Source of the DNA: Eledone cirrhosa
Taxonomy: Eukaryota
Length of the DNA stretch: 64,000 nt
NCBI GenBank assembly: GCA_964016885.1
Contig: OZ024744.1
Coordinates: forward strand, 126,852,001-126,916,000
Reading direction: 5' to 3'
Part shown: positions 40,321 through 53,660 of the stretch, one piece after another
How the letters are laid out: each line of letters begins with the position of its first letter
Position numbering within the stretch: position 1 is the stretch's first letter
The notes under the pieces: model-generated
Told to the model about the DNA's origin: nothing
Seen by the model: the letters and a program-made list of their open reading frames with translations, nothing else
The model's database searches: none
Position numbers and translations under genes: made by a program

Positions 40321-41520
40321 AAGGTGTTCATTCTCAGGCAGCTTCAAGAGAAGTGCTGAGAGCAAAATAAAGGGCTGTATGTGGTGTTTATTGATTTTAC
40401 TATAGCATTCAATATAGTGAGCAGATCATGGAATGACTCATTTGTTCCCTGAAGTTCCTGAACATCGTCATCCAGCTACAGGAAGGCCAGTGTGGTCAGG
40501 TCAGACTCAACAGTGACCTCTCAGGACCCTTCCCAAACATCAACTGTGTGTAGAAGGGTTGTGTCCTAGCACCGACTCTCTTTAGCATGATGTTCAAGCA
40601 GGTCACAGAAGATGTTGATACCATCTTGCTGGCAGCCTGTTTAATCTTCCTCAACTACAGGCCCACATGAAAGTCCCTGGAGCAACAGATCTGAGACCTT
40701 TTCTTTGCAGACGATGCTGCTCTTGTTGGCCTCACAGAGTCTTGCAACACATCACTTCCTGCTTCACAGAAGCTGCCCAACTCTTTAAGATGTCAGCTTA
40801 AAGAAGATAGATGTACTCCACCAGCCTACACTTCAGGAAGAGTACCTCCCTCCATATACCAATTTGTGAGACTCAGGTGAAAAATGGTCCATCTGTTCAC
40901 CAACCTGGGGTGCACCATCACGTCACATCTCAAAGGTGAGCAGTGCATTTGGCAGACTGTACAAACCTGTGTAGAATAATAAACACCTGAAGAAGGGTAC
41001 CAAGATCAGAGTGTACAGAACCATAGTCCTTCCCATCTTCCTATATGGCTTAGAGTTGTGGGTCACTTAACATCACCACCTTCGTCTCCTTGAGTGCAAC
41101 ACCAAGCTGGGCAGGGTAGATCTCCTGGATGAAGGATCTGCCCAGGATCATGCTCTATGGTGAACTCTCCACTGGTCATTGTGACAGGGGGCCACCAAGA
41201 AGCAATACAAGGACTGTTTGAAAGAATTCCTTGTCACATCGACCATCACTTGTGGTCCACCCCAGCTGAGACATGGGACGCCTGGTGTCTCACCAACAAC
41301 GATGCTGTCTGCTCCTTGAAAAACACCCACAGGGCCACTCTCGAGGAGAAGAGACCTAGGAGGAAGAACCACAACACTAAGTTATCAAACCCTTCTCCAG
41401 ACCTTCATGTGTGGCTGTGCCATGCCTGTCCTACATAGGCCTGACCAGCCACAAGCAGGCCTGCAATCAACGTAGAACAACTCCTTCTTAATCTTTGTTC
41501 TCTAAGCCAAGCCATGATAA
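40310..41520 (+). mobile_element. Degenerate BovB-like RTE LINE (second lineage)
   Basis: TIDKVFILRQLQEKC.EQNK.LYVVFIDF, GCVLAPTLF, LFADDAAL, GTKIRVYR; tail GCCAAGCCATGAT. Confidence 0.8.
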
Positions 41521-41675
41521 ATGTTATTGAGTTACAGATGGAGATATAAATATATATACAAACAATTAACACTACCAGGGGAGACAACCTCACCATGGCA
41601 TAATTCAAGTCCCAGATTAGTATGATCGAGTAGGCATATATTTAAATATTGGAAATGGTTTTAGCTGTACCCATC

Positions 41676-41868
<193 letters not shown>

Positions 41869-41940
41869 AAGAAAAAAAGATGAAATCGAAAATGCAACTG
41901 GAGTCTTATTTAAAAATATATATATATATTTATTTGGTTC

Positions 41941-41976
41941 CTTTACCGGTTTCGCAGTTCTTCTGCTTTTCAAAAG
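41941..41976 (-). ncRNA. Hammerhead-like motif with U3-A8 core variant
   Basis: CTT-TTGAAAA-GCAG aagaa CTGC-GAAA-CCG-GTA-AAG; helix I only 3 bp. Confidence 0.4.
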
Positions 41977-42280
41977 TAGAGTTGAGATGGAGGGTTGTGG
42001 TTTTTCTCACATCGTTTAGTCATATATATATTTAAAGGTTAAACAAGGTTCAAAGAATAAATCATTGAATAAAGTTTTACAATAGATTAGAAGCACTCCA
42101 CAGTTTTGGTTTTCCGGAGTTATTAATATTAATTCAAAATATTAACATATATATATATATATGACTAAACGACTCAATGTCTTCCTCCAGTATTTTAAAC
42201 TGGAGAATATGGGCGATTTTTATTTAGAGTTAGGGGCTTATATACAGACATATATATATATGTATATATATATATATGTA

Positions 42281-42375
<95 letters not shown>

Positions 42376-42511
42376 GTGTGTGTGTGTGTGTGACTAAATC
42401 GAGGACATCGTCTTTGTTGCCGTAAGACAGTAGAGAATGATATTTGGCTGCTATTTCTACCACGTCAAGCTACTAGGTAAGAGTCTCTCTGCGGGTAGTC
42501 AACTCTGTTTC

Positions 42512-42595
42512 TATGGTGGTAGGTAGGGAAGTAGCCCTAGGGCCAAGGACACCGGAAGTCCCAACTGCCAAGGGCACGACCGCAAACCTGTCGAG
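42512..42595 (-). mobile_element. CRE-clade RLE fragment
   Basis: Reverse strand encodes DRFAVVPLAVGTSGVLGPRATSL, matching 33851-33935. Confidence 0.8.
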
Positions 42596-42639
42596 TCGCG
42601 AAATGTGTAATTCCTTTACTTTAAGACTTTAGAGTGTGT

Positions 42640-42930
42640 GTTGGCTGCTATTTCTACCATGTCAAGTAACCAGGTAGGAGACTCTCTCGTTGATACGTAA
42701 TAAATATTTCACTGAGTGATGCTGCTTGTTTTACCATGGGTTCGATACAATTGATGGAGTGAATTGATATAACTGAAGGTCTGGCTGAAGGTATTAAATT
42801 ATGTCAGGGACTTTTAACGCATGACACCGGTTTTATTTATGATCAGGGAAACATTACCAACGACACCACGTACCTGGTATCTTAATTATAACTTTAATTA
42901 ATCTAATTATATCTTGTATAGCAATTATCT
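42640..42930 (+). promoter_or_regulatory. Diverged 5' module upstream of ZNF E
   Basis: GCTGCTATTTCTA, CAGGGACTTTTAACG..TGACACCGGT, ATAACTTTAATTAATCTAATTATATC shared with 62150-62405 (reverse). Confidence 0.55.
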
Positions 42931-43337
42931 CATGTTAAGGTGAAAGTTAATATTCATAGATAACATAGAGTGAGCTACATGTTCCAGGGTAGGTGTTCCA
43001 TCTCCTACATGATTAAATATTTCATTTCATGAGAAACTACGCTACATCGCAAATTGGTTGTTCTACATTTTACAGGACAGTGAGAAATAGGTTTAAATCA
43101 CCAACATCTGAACAATTAGCTTTCCTGGTCTTTCTTGACTTTACACTTGGACTTGAAATATAAAGTACGTATTATTTGTATTGTTAACACAGCAGATATT
43201 GTGTACTTTTCTACACTCCGTGGTGAACAATCCTCATTTATTAAGACACACACACTCACTCTCTTACACTTTCTTATACCGACATCTGTCTTACACAGTC
43301 ATATATCTTCAGAACTTCGAAGAATTCTTCAATAATT

Positions 43338-44247
43338 ATGATAGAGGACGTTAAACACTTGGACATTTCTACCACACCTGTTTCTACCAATATGGATACT
43401 GTTACACAGACATACAGTAGTGAGAAACCTTTACCTAGTGAAACATGTACTGAACAAGGATCAATATACAGAAATATTCCTGAATATAGCTGTGAGATTT
43501 GTAGGAAAACTTTCTCATCAGAAGATGAATTATCTACACATAAAAGAACACACACTAAAGATAAACCCTATCACTGTCAAATATGTGAGAAATCTTTCAC
43601 TTCGAAATCAGATCTTGTTAGACATATACGTACTCACACTGGAGTAAAACGTTTCCACTGCGAAATATGTGGGAAAGCTTTTGCTGAACATTTTAGTGTT
43701 GTACTTCATAAAAGAACACACACTGGAGAGAAACCCTATCATTGTGAAATATGTGGGAAATCTTTTGCGACAAACATTTATTTAACTACATATAAGAACA
43801 CACACTGGAAAGAAACCATATCATTGTGAAATATGTGGGAAATCTTTTGTATACAACAGTAATTTCAATGCACATAAAAGAACACACAGTAGAGAAAAGC
43901 ATTATGATTGTGAAATATGTGGGAAATCTTTCTTTCAGAATGCTAGTCTCATTAACCATAGATATAACCACACTGGAATAAAGCCCTTCCATTGTGAAAT
44001 ATGTGAGAAATCTTTTGTCAGGGGCGATGACTTGATTAAACATAAAAGAACTCACACTGGAGAGAAACCCTTTTACTGTGAAATATGTGGGAAGTATTTC
44101 GTACAAAGTGGTAATTTGATTGTACATAAAAGATCACATACTGGTGAAAGACCTTACCACTGTGAAATATGTGGGAAATCTTTTATTAGGAATAGTAACT
44201 TAAATAAATACAAACAAACACACACAAGAGGGAAACATTTTAACTAG
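43338..44247 (+). pseudogene. C2H2 ZNF E (CEIC subfamily, 9 fingers) with a single 2-bp frameshift; may be an intact gene with an assembly error
   Basis: MIEDVKHLDIST; loss of CA at about 43790 in finger 4; downstream frame open to TAG at 44247; paralogue of D from 42942/35616. Confidence 0.7.
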
Positions 44248-44391
44248 CTCTTCCTTTTTCAAATCTAAACTGATTGTCATGAAGTAACTCTTAGAAGTTC
44301 CACAGACTCGAAAAGTTGCTTGTCATTTTTTAAATGATACACTTAGAAATAAATTTCTGTTCATATCCTAATCTTTTGCCATGAGTTGTGA

Positions 44392-44822
44392 CATGGAGAA
44401 CACGCTGGTCAGTTCAACGCACCAACATGTAATGAGATTGCTGCGGTTATTTGTGGTGAACAGCACAACAAGAGAGATATCATTGTAAAGCACCGAGACA
44501 GCATATTACAGCGTATCAATGAGACACACAGGTCCTACGATGCACTTCAGTATCCATTGCTATTTGTCAACAGTGAGGACGGATACCAGTTTGGCATTCC
44601 TCAACATTCGGCAGGCAATGGTGAGGCACACCTTAGGAAAACTGTCACTTGCATGGATTTCTACGCTTTCTGATTTATGGTAAGGAACAATTCATTCAAC
44701 CATCTACACCGTTCTCGGGACTTTTCCAACAATTTGCTGTTGATATGGCCGTTAAAATGGAGTCCAAGAGATTATGGTTCATTAAATTAAATCAAAAGAA
44801 AATTCGATCTGAATGCTACATT
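44392..44822 (+). mobile_element. Helitron Rep/helicase N-terminal fragment
   Basis: FNAPTCNEIAAVI, RDIIV, LQRINETHRSYDALQYPLLF, LFQQFAVDMAVKMESKRL.FIKLNQKKIRSE.Y. Confidence 0.85.
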
Positions 44823-44879
44823 GTCGACATTGTAGGTTGTGTACTCCACCAATACCACCCAGACACCCAGACCATTCCA

Positions 44880-46340
44880 TAAGGTGGTTATGTTGTTGAC
44901 ATGAGAAATACCACCCAGTCTACCCTGTAATGTGGTTATGTTGTTGACATGAGAAATACCACCCAGTCTACCCTGTAAGGTGGTTATGTTGTTGACATGA
45001 GAAATACCACCCAGTCTACCCTGTAATGTGGTTGCGTTGGTGACATGAGAAATACCACCCAGTAAGGTGGTTATGTTGTTGACATGAGAAATACCACCCA
45101 GTCCACCCTGTAAGGTGGTTGTGTTGGTGACATGAGAAATAACACCCAGTCTACCCTGTAAGGTGGTTATGTTGGTGACATGAGAAATACCACCCAGTCT
45201 AACCTATAAGGTGGTTGTGATGGTGACATGAGAAATACCACCCAGTCTACCCTGTAAGGTGGTTATGTTGGTGACATGAAATACCACCCAGTCCACCCTG
45301 TAAGGTGGTTGTGATGGTGACATGAGAAATACCACCCAGTCCACCCTGTAAGGTGGTTGTGCTGGTGACATGAAAAATACCACCCAGTCCACCCTGTAAG
45401 GTGGTTGTGCTGGTGACATGAGAAATACCACCCAGTCTACCCTGTAAGGTGGTTGTGTTGTTGACATGAGAAATACCACCCAGTCCACCCTGTAAGGTGG
45501 TTATACTGGTTACATGAGAAATACCACCCAGTAAGGGGGTTATGTTGTTGACATGAGAAATACCACCCAGTCTACTCTGTAAGGTGGTTGTGTTGGTGAC
45601 ATGAGAAATACCACCCAGTCTACCCTGTAAGGTGGTTGTGGTGGTTACATGAGAAATACCACCCAGTCTACCCTGTAAGGTGGTTGTGATGGTGACATGA
45701 GAAATACCACCCAGTCTACCCTGTAAGGTGGTTGTGGTGGTTACATGAGAAATACCACCCAGTCCACCCTGTAAGGTGGTTGTGTTGGTGACATGAGAAA
45801 TACCACCCAGTCCACCCTGTAAGGTGGTTGTGTTGGTGACATGAGAAATACCACCCAGTCTACCCAGTAAGGTGGTTGTGCTGGTGACATGAGAAATACC
45901 ACCCAGTCTACCCTGTAAGGTGGTTGTGTTGGTGACATGAAATACCACCCAGTCCACCCTGTAAGGTGGTTATGTTGGTGACATGAGAAATACCACCCAG
46001 TCCACCCTGTAAGGTGGTTATGTTGGTGACATGAGAAATACCACCCAGTCTACCCTGTAAGGGGGTTATGTTGTTGACATGAGAAATACCACCCAGTCCA
46101 CCCTGTAAGGTGGTTGTGTTGGTGACATGAGAAATACCACCCAGTCCACCCTGTAAGGTGGTTGTGTTGGTGACATGAGAAATACCACCCAGTCTACCCT
46201 GTAAGGTGGTTGTGATGGTGACATGAGAAATACCACCCAGTCTACCCTGTAAGGTGGTTGTGATGGTGACATGAGAAATACCACCCAGTCTACCCTGTAA
46301 GGTGGTTGTGATGGTGACATGAGAAATACCACCCAGTCAA
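44880..46340. repeat. 48-bp tandem repeat (about 30 copies) derived from the SINE internal unit
   Basis: GTAAGGTGGTTGTGTTGGTGACATGAGAAATACCACCCAGTCTACCCT. Confidence 0.95.
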
Positions 46341-46349
46341 CCATGTATA

Positions 46350-46381
<32 letters not shown>

Positions 46382-46529
46382 CATATGTTATATGTATATA
46401 TATATATGTATGTACACATATTTGTATGTATGTGTATATATATTTGTATGTGTGTATGTACCATTATGTATGTGTGTTGTGTGTGTGCGTGTATATGTGT
46501 GTAAGTGGGCGAGTGTGTGAATGTGTTTG

Positions 46530-47200
46530 TCCACACCTGGAATATATATTAAGAGAAACTTCACAATAAGGGGAAGCACCCAACACTTGAATCTGTTGAT
46601 GGAACCCTTTCTGCCTTTGTCACCCTTATTTCAGCCTTAAAGAATTAGCTTCTAAAGAATTTCCCTTTTCTTTAAACCATTGAACCCCACCCATCCTGTA
46701 GACACCTGTCTTACAGCCATTGTTAGTCTAAGTGATAAACTAGGATTGGTATTCCAAACATGATTTTGTTTACAGTATTCTTCCTGCCTTTGTTAATACT
46801 ATAGCTTTAAAGAATTAGCTTTTAATGAACTCCCTTTTCTTTAAATCCTTCAACCAATGACCTCCACCCATCCCAATCCCCACCCTCTCCTACCACCAGA
46901 AAAGAAAAGATATAAATACCACTACTTGGACAGCAGCTCCCTGATGATTTCTCATGAATGAAACAGTTCTAGTCCTGTAGAAGCTCTTCTATATTAAAAC
47001 TTGTATTCTCTGCTATGTATTGAGTACCTTACTTACTGTGGTTACCTCTGATTCAACCCGGAATAACTTATATATATATATATATATATTTTATTTATCA
47101 CTCTTTCTTCTGATAAAGGACTAGCGTCCAAAACGTTGAGACCCTCTTCCTGCTATATCAAGCGTTAACCTAATATATACCTTCCATATACTGTACCGAT
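46530..47200 (+). mobile_element. Probable Penelope-like terminal remnants with degenerate hammerhead cores
   Basis: CTGATGA..TTC/GAA..GAAAC..GTC at about 46941-46972; CTGATAA-GGAC/GTCC-AAAAC at about 47110-47140. Confidence 0.4.
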
Positions 47201-47397
47201 TGTGTTGTTATTTCTGTTTACCTTTTACATACATATCTATATATATATATATATATTTAAAGGTTAAACAAGGTTCAATGAATAAATCAAAGAATGAGTT
47301 TTACAATAGATGGGAAGCACTCAACAGCTATGGTTTTCCAGAGTTATTAATATTAATTCTAAATATTAACAAAAATAGACATTCGTGTGATCAAGTA

Positions 47398-47464
47398 TAT
47401 TTTATTATACATATTTCAGAGGTACTGAGCTATCTTCAACAGTATGTCCTCATCAGATAAAATA
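47398..47464 (-). ncRNA. Minimal type-I hammerhead ribozyme motif (left arm)
   Basis: Reverse strand TATTTTAT-CTGATGA-stem II-GAAA-TATGT-ATA-ATAAAATA. Confidence 0.75.
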
Positions 47465-47533
47465 AGATGATGCATGACATACCCTGACTGAATCTTAACC
47501 ATCTACTATGTCAGGGTATGTCATGCTTCATCT

Positions 47534-47600
47534 TATTTTATCTGATGAGGACGTACTGTTGAAGATAGCTCAGTACCTCTGAAATATGTATAATAAAATA
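47534..47600 (+). ncRNA. Minimal type-I hammerhead ribozyme motif (right arm)
   Basis: TATTTTAT-CTGATGA-GGACGTACTG..CAGTACCTCT-GAAA-TATGT-ATA-ATAAAATA. Confidence 0.78.
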
Positions 47601-47644
47601 TACTTGATCATACGAATGTCTATTTTTGTTAATATTTTGAATTA

Positions 47645-47700
<56 letters not shown>

Positions 47701-47972
47701 AAGCACTTTACGATTAGGATTTTCTCAGTAAGGTATCAATCGAAGTGTCAGTGTAATAAATAAGAGACAGTTTTATTTGTACATCTTCATTTTATTACAT
47801 AATTCCATTAACCATATACATACATGCATACATAAATATATATGTGTGTGTGAGAGAGAAAGAGAGAGGGAGTGTGTGTGTTCTTCATTCTGTACTTTGC
47901 TGGGCTTTGGCTGCTATTTCTACCAGGCATATACCTGTCCTTCATTCTTCTCTCATTCTCTGGGACTCTAGC

Positions 47973-48021
<49 letters not shown>

Positions 48022-48425
48022 CTGTGGCACTCGTATTTACAATTATATAAATAAGTATCTAATTATTTAAAGATAGAAAAACGTTTGTGGCATTACTACA
48101 CCTTAAGTTTAAATTTCAATTGAATAACATTACAGATATGTTTTATATATATGTATATATATATATATATATATATAACATTACAGATACGTTTTATATA
48201 TATATATATAAATAACATTACATATATGTTATATATATATATATAAATAACATTATAGATATGTTATATATATATAAATAACATTACATATATGTTTTAT
48301 ATATATATATAAATAACATTACAGATATATTATATATATATAAATAACATTAGAAATATGTTTTATATATATATATAAATAACATTACAGATATGTTATA
48401 TATATATATAAATAACATTACAGAT

Positions 48426-48466
<41 letters not shown>

Positions 48467-48584
48467 CATTACAGATATGTTATATATATATAAATAACAT
48501 TTCAGATATGTTATATATATATATAAATAACATTACAGATATGTTATATATATATATATATATATAAATAACATTTCAGATATG

Positions 48585-48622
<38 letters not shown>

Positions 48623-48737
48623 CATTACAGATATATTATATATATATATATATATAAATAACAATAAAAACAAATAACGAAACAAAATTAAATTTCGTTT
48701 CGCTTCTAACTCACTTTTGTATGACTGACGCTTAAAC

Positions 48738-49192
48738 AATTAAGTTAAAGTGTACATCTACATATGTATACGGAAGTATTAGTATGCATATAAATACACA
48801 CATGTATACATATGTACATGTACTCAGCTTTTCACTAGACACTTTACAGTGAGTGTCAGCTAGTCTGTATGTAACCACACAGGCGGACCGGGTTTTAGAG
48901 TCATACGAGTTTTCAAGGAAACACATTTCCTCTATTCTCCAGAGGGCCAGACAGGAATATTGGACTAGTTTCGATGTTATTACATCTCATCAGCAATATT
49001 TACCCATCTTCCGGCTTCTCTGGAGAATTGTAAAAGCACATATCGTTATATAACAGCACATATAAAAGCACATATCGTCACTGTAAAGTGTCTAGTGAAA
49101 AGCTGAGTACATGTACATATGTATACATGTGTGTATTTATATGCATACTAATACTTCCGTATACATATGTAGATGTACACTTTAACTTAATT
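48738..49192. mobile_element. 455-bp element with 115-bp apparently perfect inverted repeats enclosing a hammerhead
   Basis: 48738-48852 is the reverse complement of 49078-49192. Confidence 0.8.
48956..49000 (-). ncRNA. Canonical type-I hammerhead ribozyme motif, GUC cleavage site
   Basis: AATATTG-CTGATGA-GATGT aata ACATC-GAAA-CTA-GTC-CAATATT; 7-bp helix I, 5-bp helix II, ACTAGT palindromic helix III. Confidence 0.85.
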
Positions 49193-49330
49193 ATATAAAT
49201 AACATTACAGATATATTATATATATATATATATAAATAATATTACATATATGTTGTATATATATATATATAAATAACATTACAGATATGTTATATATATA
49301 TATATAAATAACATTACAGATATGTTATAT

Positions 49331-50180
49331 ATCATCATCATCATCATCGTTTAACGTCCATCTTCCACGTTTGCATGGGTTTGGACGGGAGGTTTCCCAC
49401 TTGAGGCAAGATTTGTTGTCCTGCTCATATAGGACTGTCTGGCGGGTTTTCTACGGCTGGATGCCCTTCCTAACACCAACCACATTTACAGTGTGGACTG
49501 GGAGTTTTTTACCGTGTTACCCACATGGCCACATTACAGCATGGACTGTGTGTTTTTTTTGTTGTGAAACCTACACGACCTCATTTGTTTCGGACTGGAT
49601 GTTGTGGTACCAACATAACTTTACATTGAAAGGGGTGGTGTGGATGGGGTGTGGGTAGTGGGGCCGGGGTGTATTTTGTTAGAGGTGCCTACTGACTGTA
49701 GGTTTCGCTTTGTACTTAGGCAAGGCGGGTCTTCTGTATGACTGGGTAGCGCCAAAGATCCCGGTCCAGTGACATTGTCTTAGAGATGTGTATGTGTGTG
49801 AGGTTGGAATTTATCAAGTCGTCCCAGGTTTTTCTGGGTCTGCCTACTCCGTGGCTACCGTCTATTTTTATCACCCTGCACTTTTTTATACAGCTGTCAT
49901 CTTTCATGCGCATCAAGTGACCATACCAACGCAGTCTTCTCTCGAGTAAACAACATCTGATCCCTCTTATTCCTAATTTCACCCTTAGTTCGTTCAAGCT
50001 TCGTTTCTCTCCAGTCTGCGTATATCCTCTGCACACAATGCCCAGGTCTCACTGCCATGCAACATTGCTGTTTGTATTCAGGCATCATACAGCCTGACTT
50101 TCATTTTTAGAGAGAACCTTTTAGCGGCCAATAGTGGTATAAACTCTCTGAACTTTTTCCATCCCGTTCTGACTCTAGCT
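49331..50180 (-). mobile_element. RTE LINE 3' portion plus SINE body
   Basis: ERRLRWYGHLMRM, GRPRKTWDD; (CAT)n tail. Confidence 0.85.
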
Positions 50181-50544
50181 ATATAAATAACATTACAGAT
50201 ATGTTATATATATATATATATATATATAAATAACATTACAGATATGTTATATATATATATAAATAACATTACATATATGTTTTATATATATAAATAACAT
50301 TACAGATATATTATATATATATAAATAACATTACAAATATGTTGTATATATATATAAATAACATTACAGATATGTTTTATATATATAAATAACATTACAG
50401 ATATATTATATATATATAAATAACATTACAAATATGTTGTATATATATATAAATAACATTACAGATATGTTTTATATATATATAAATAACATTACAGATA
50501 TGTTTTATATATATATATAAATAACATTACAGATATGTTATATA

Positions 50545-51780
50545 TCATCATCATCATCATTTAACGTCCATTTTCCACGCTAGCATGGGTTAGACGAGAG
50601 TTGTCCCACTTGAGGCAAGGTTGGTCGGGTGACCGTGTCTCGCTCATATAGGACTATCTGGCAGGTTTTCTACGGCTGGATGCCCTTCCTAACACCAACC
50701 ACATTTACAGTGTGGACTGGGAACTTATTACTGTGTTACCTACACGGCCACATTACAGCGTGGACTGTGTGTTTTGTTGTGACACCCACACGATCTCGAT
50801 CTCATTATCTCATATATTTGGACTGGATGTTGTGGTACCAACTTTACAGAGAGAGGGTGGTGTTGGTGGGAGTGGGAGGATAGGGTAGGGGTAGTGGATT
50901 GGGGTGTATATTTGGTTAAGAGGAGGCTACTAACTGTAGGTTTCCCTTTGTACCTAGGCAAGGCGGGTCTTCTGTATTACTGCGTAGCACCAAAGGTCTT
51001 GGTCCAGTGACATTGTTTTAGAGGGGTGCAAGTGTGTAAGGTCGGAATTTATCAGATCGTCCCAGGTTTTTTGGGGTCTACCTACTCCGTAACTACCATC
51101 AATTTTGATCGCCCTGCACTTTTTTATACATATATATATATATATATATTTACATATATCTCAAGGGTGGTCCCCCAGCATGGCCTCAGCCAGATGGCTG
51201 TAACAGGTGTAAGAATAAAAGAATATAATATATATGTGTATATTCATATATTGTATTTATCCTCATCACAATTTAAACTCCATTTTACATGCTAGCATGG
51301 GCTGGACGACTTGTCCTGTTGTGTGAAAACTTAGATCAAATAACTGTGTCTTGCTCATGCAAGAACCATTTCTGGTTGGTTTCTACGGCTGGATGCCCTT
51401 CCTAACTCCAACCACATTTACAGGGTCGACTTGGTATTTAATGTGTTGCTAACATGACCAACCTACAGGGTGGACCGGGTGCTTTTCGTTGTGTCATCAT
51501 CATGACAACCACCAGCTAAGAGAGCAGACTTGGTGCTCTTTGTCATGTCACCAATTTGAAGGGTGGTTCGAGTCCCTTCAGTCTTGCCACTAGCATGACC
51601 ACTTTACAGAGTGGGCTAGAGGCCTCCTGTCATGTCTATATCACTGGGTAGACTGGTTGCTTATTTGTCATGTCACCAGCATGACTACCTTGCAGGGAAG
51701 GTTAGATGCTCTTTTGTCATGACACCTGCATGACCACCTTACAGGGTTGCCTGAGGGTTTAGCCATTTCAGCAGCATTGG
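50545..51780 (-). mobile_element. Second RTE-end/SINE composite (50545-51125) and an older SINE with 48-bp body repeats (51260-51780)
   Basis: Paralogous to 49331-49890; GGATGCCCTTCCTAA motifs. Confidence 0.75.
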
Positions 51781-51979
51781 AGGAGAGCATGTCAAGCTTT
51801 CCGTACTTGTATACATGGGTTGGTCAAGAGAGGTGTATCAGATGTGAAAGTGGGGGTGGGGTTGTGTGTAAGTAGGGTGGAGATTGGAGAGGTAGGTCAG
51901 GGTGGGGTCCCTAGCTGGTAAGGGGTGGAGTGTTAAGATGTGGGGAGGAGGAAAATTAGAGCATACTTCAAACCACTAA

Positions 51980-53660
51980 ATGTTGTGTCATCCCGTGCAC
52001 ATGGAGATTCAGGTCTCCTGCAGTACTGTATAACGCCAGAGATTTCAATCCTGTGTCATCACCTTTGAGAGGTACAATGGTGTCAGGTCAGTTTTTACCT
52101 CCACATCCCAAGCTTTCCTAGGTCTTCCTCTTCCAACAATTTCAAGCGGTCAACCTTTTATACAGCATCTCTACCTTCATACACATCACATACCCATACC
52201 ACAGCAATCTCCTCTCCTGCATACTCTATCTTATCCCTCTCATGCCCAGGTTCTCTCTCAGTTTATTTACACTTTGCTGTTCATGTATATTAATATTACA
52301 CATCCATCGGAGAATTCAAGCTTCATTTCTATCCAATCTTCCGAGGTCCACACTGCAATGCAGCATTGCTGTTCATATGCACACATCAATTTGGTGAAAC
52401 AACCTTTTGTATCTAGCAGTAGTAGTAATAGTAGCACCCTAAACCTTTGCCATTTTGTTCTTACTCTGGTTACTGTACTTTCAGAACACCTACCTCCACT
52501 GCTAATTTGGTCACCCTGGTAACAGAAACTGTCAACAGCTTCTATGGAACCCTTTAAATATTTGATAGAATTTGTCCCCAAAAGTGATTGCTTCTTACTG
52601 CTCCAGTGCAATGACCCCATGTAAAACCTACTTTCTTAGCTAACTCACCTTGTATCCCACTAAATCTCTTGTGAACCCATAGTCTCTTTAGAGTAAATAA
52701 TTGTTTCTACTTTTGGCACAAGGCCAGCAATTACCCAGTGTATTACTGGTACTTTATTTTAGTACTCTCTTTAATGTAAATTTTTTATACACATAACATG
52801 TATGTGTGACCATTTGTTTCCAAGTCCACATATGGCCATCACTGTTTATTGGGAGAGGCACTTCCAAACAGACCCTTCGTTTAGGCATGCTGACAAATAT
52901 ATCAAAAGGAAGTTTTACCCTCCAACAAATTTCACCCAAAACAGAAGAGAGTTTCATTTTGTCAAAAAGGGAGGTAAATCTTTAGTTGTAGAATTGTGAG
53001 GCTTAATTATATGTCATTAGACACACATAGAAGTGGTTGATAGCTTTTGCAATCTATGTGACTTAATTAGCAGTGGAGGGGGCTGCTCTGAAAGATGAAT
53101 AGCTAGAATCAGGATAGGATGGAAAAAGTTTAGAGAGCTAGTGCAACAGTTGACCACAAAAGGCTTCTCTCTCTGTAAAAAAGGACAACAGTATGACACA
53201 TGTGGGTGATGTGCAATGATGCTTGGTAACAAAACAAGGGCTGTGACTGCAGAGGATATGTAGACTGGAGAGAAATGAAACAACCATGCGTTGTAGGATG
53301 TTATGTAAGTGTGAGAGAAAGGCAGAGTTTGAACAAGTTAAAGAAGAAGCTGAGTTCAAGAGTGATCTGAAGTGGTGTGTAAGAGAGAAGACTGTGTTTG
53401 TACGACATGTGATGCACATGGATAATGACCGCTGGGTGATGAAGTGCCAGGAAATACCAGTAAAAGGAAGCCATAGTAGAGGTAGACCAAGAAAGACCTG
53501 GACAGAGTCTGTGTGAACTGACTTCAAATAACTGACTCTCACAGAGGAGATGACAAAGGAACACGTCAAGTTGAAAGATGCCATGTTGAGAAGGACATGT
53601 CCAACCCAATGAAGCATGGAAAAACAGACATAAAAACAGTGATGATGTTGAGGAAGATGA
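51980..53660. mobile_element. RTE LINE fragments downstream of ZNF C (51980-52680 minus; 53021-53660 plus)
   Basis: VDSFCYQGDQISSGG; RGRPRKTWTESV; mirror of 6120-7230. Confidence 0.75.

Larger units (their letters stand above)
47350..47648. repeat. Near-perfect palindrome, 139-bp arms, 21-nt loop
   Basis: 47350-47488 pairs with 47510-47648 with about 4 mismatches. Confidence 0.95.
48120..50545. repeat. AAATAACATTACAGATATGTT(AT)n minisatellite in three blocks (48120-48660, 49193-49330, 50180-50545) split by insertions
   Basis: Direct. Confidence 0.9.

Noticed and set aside
46941-47140. Two further hammerheads
   Set aside because: Helix I is missing in the first; the core is mutated (CTGATAA, AAAAC) in the second, so both are treated as relics
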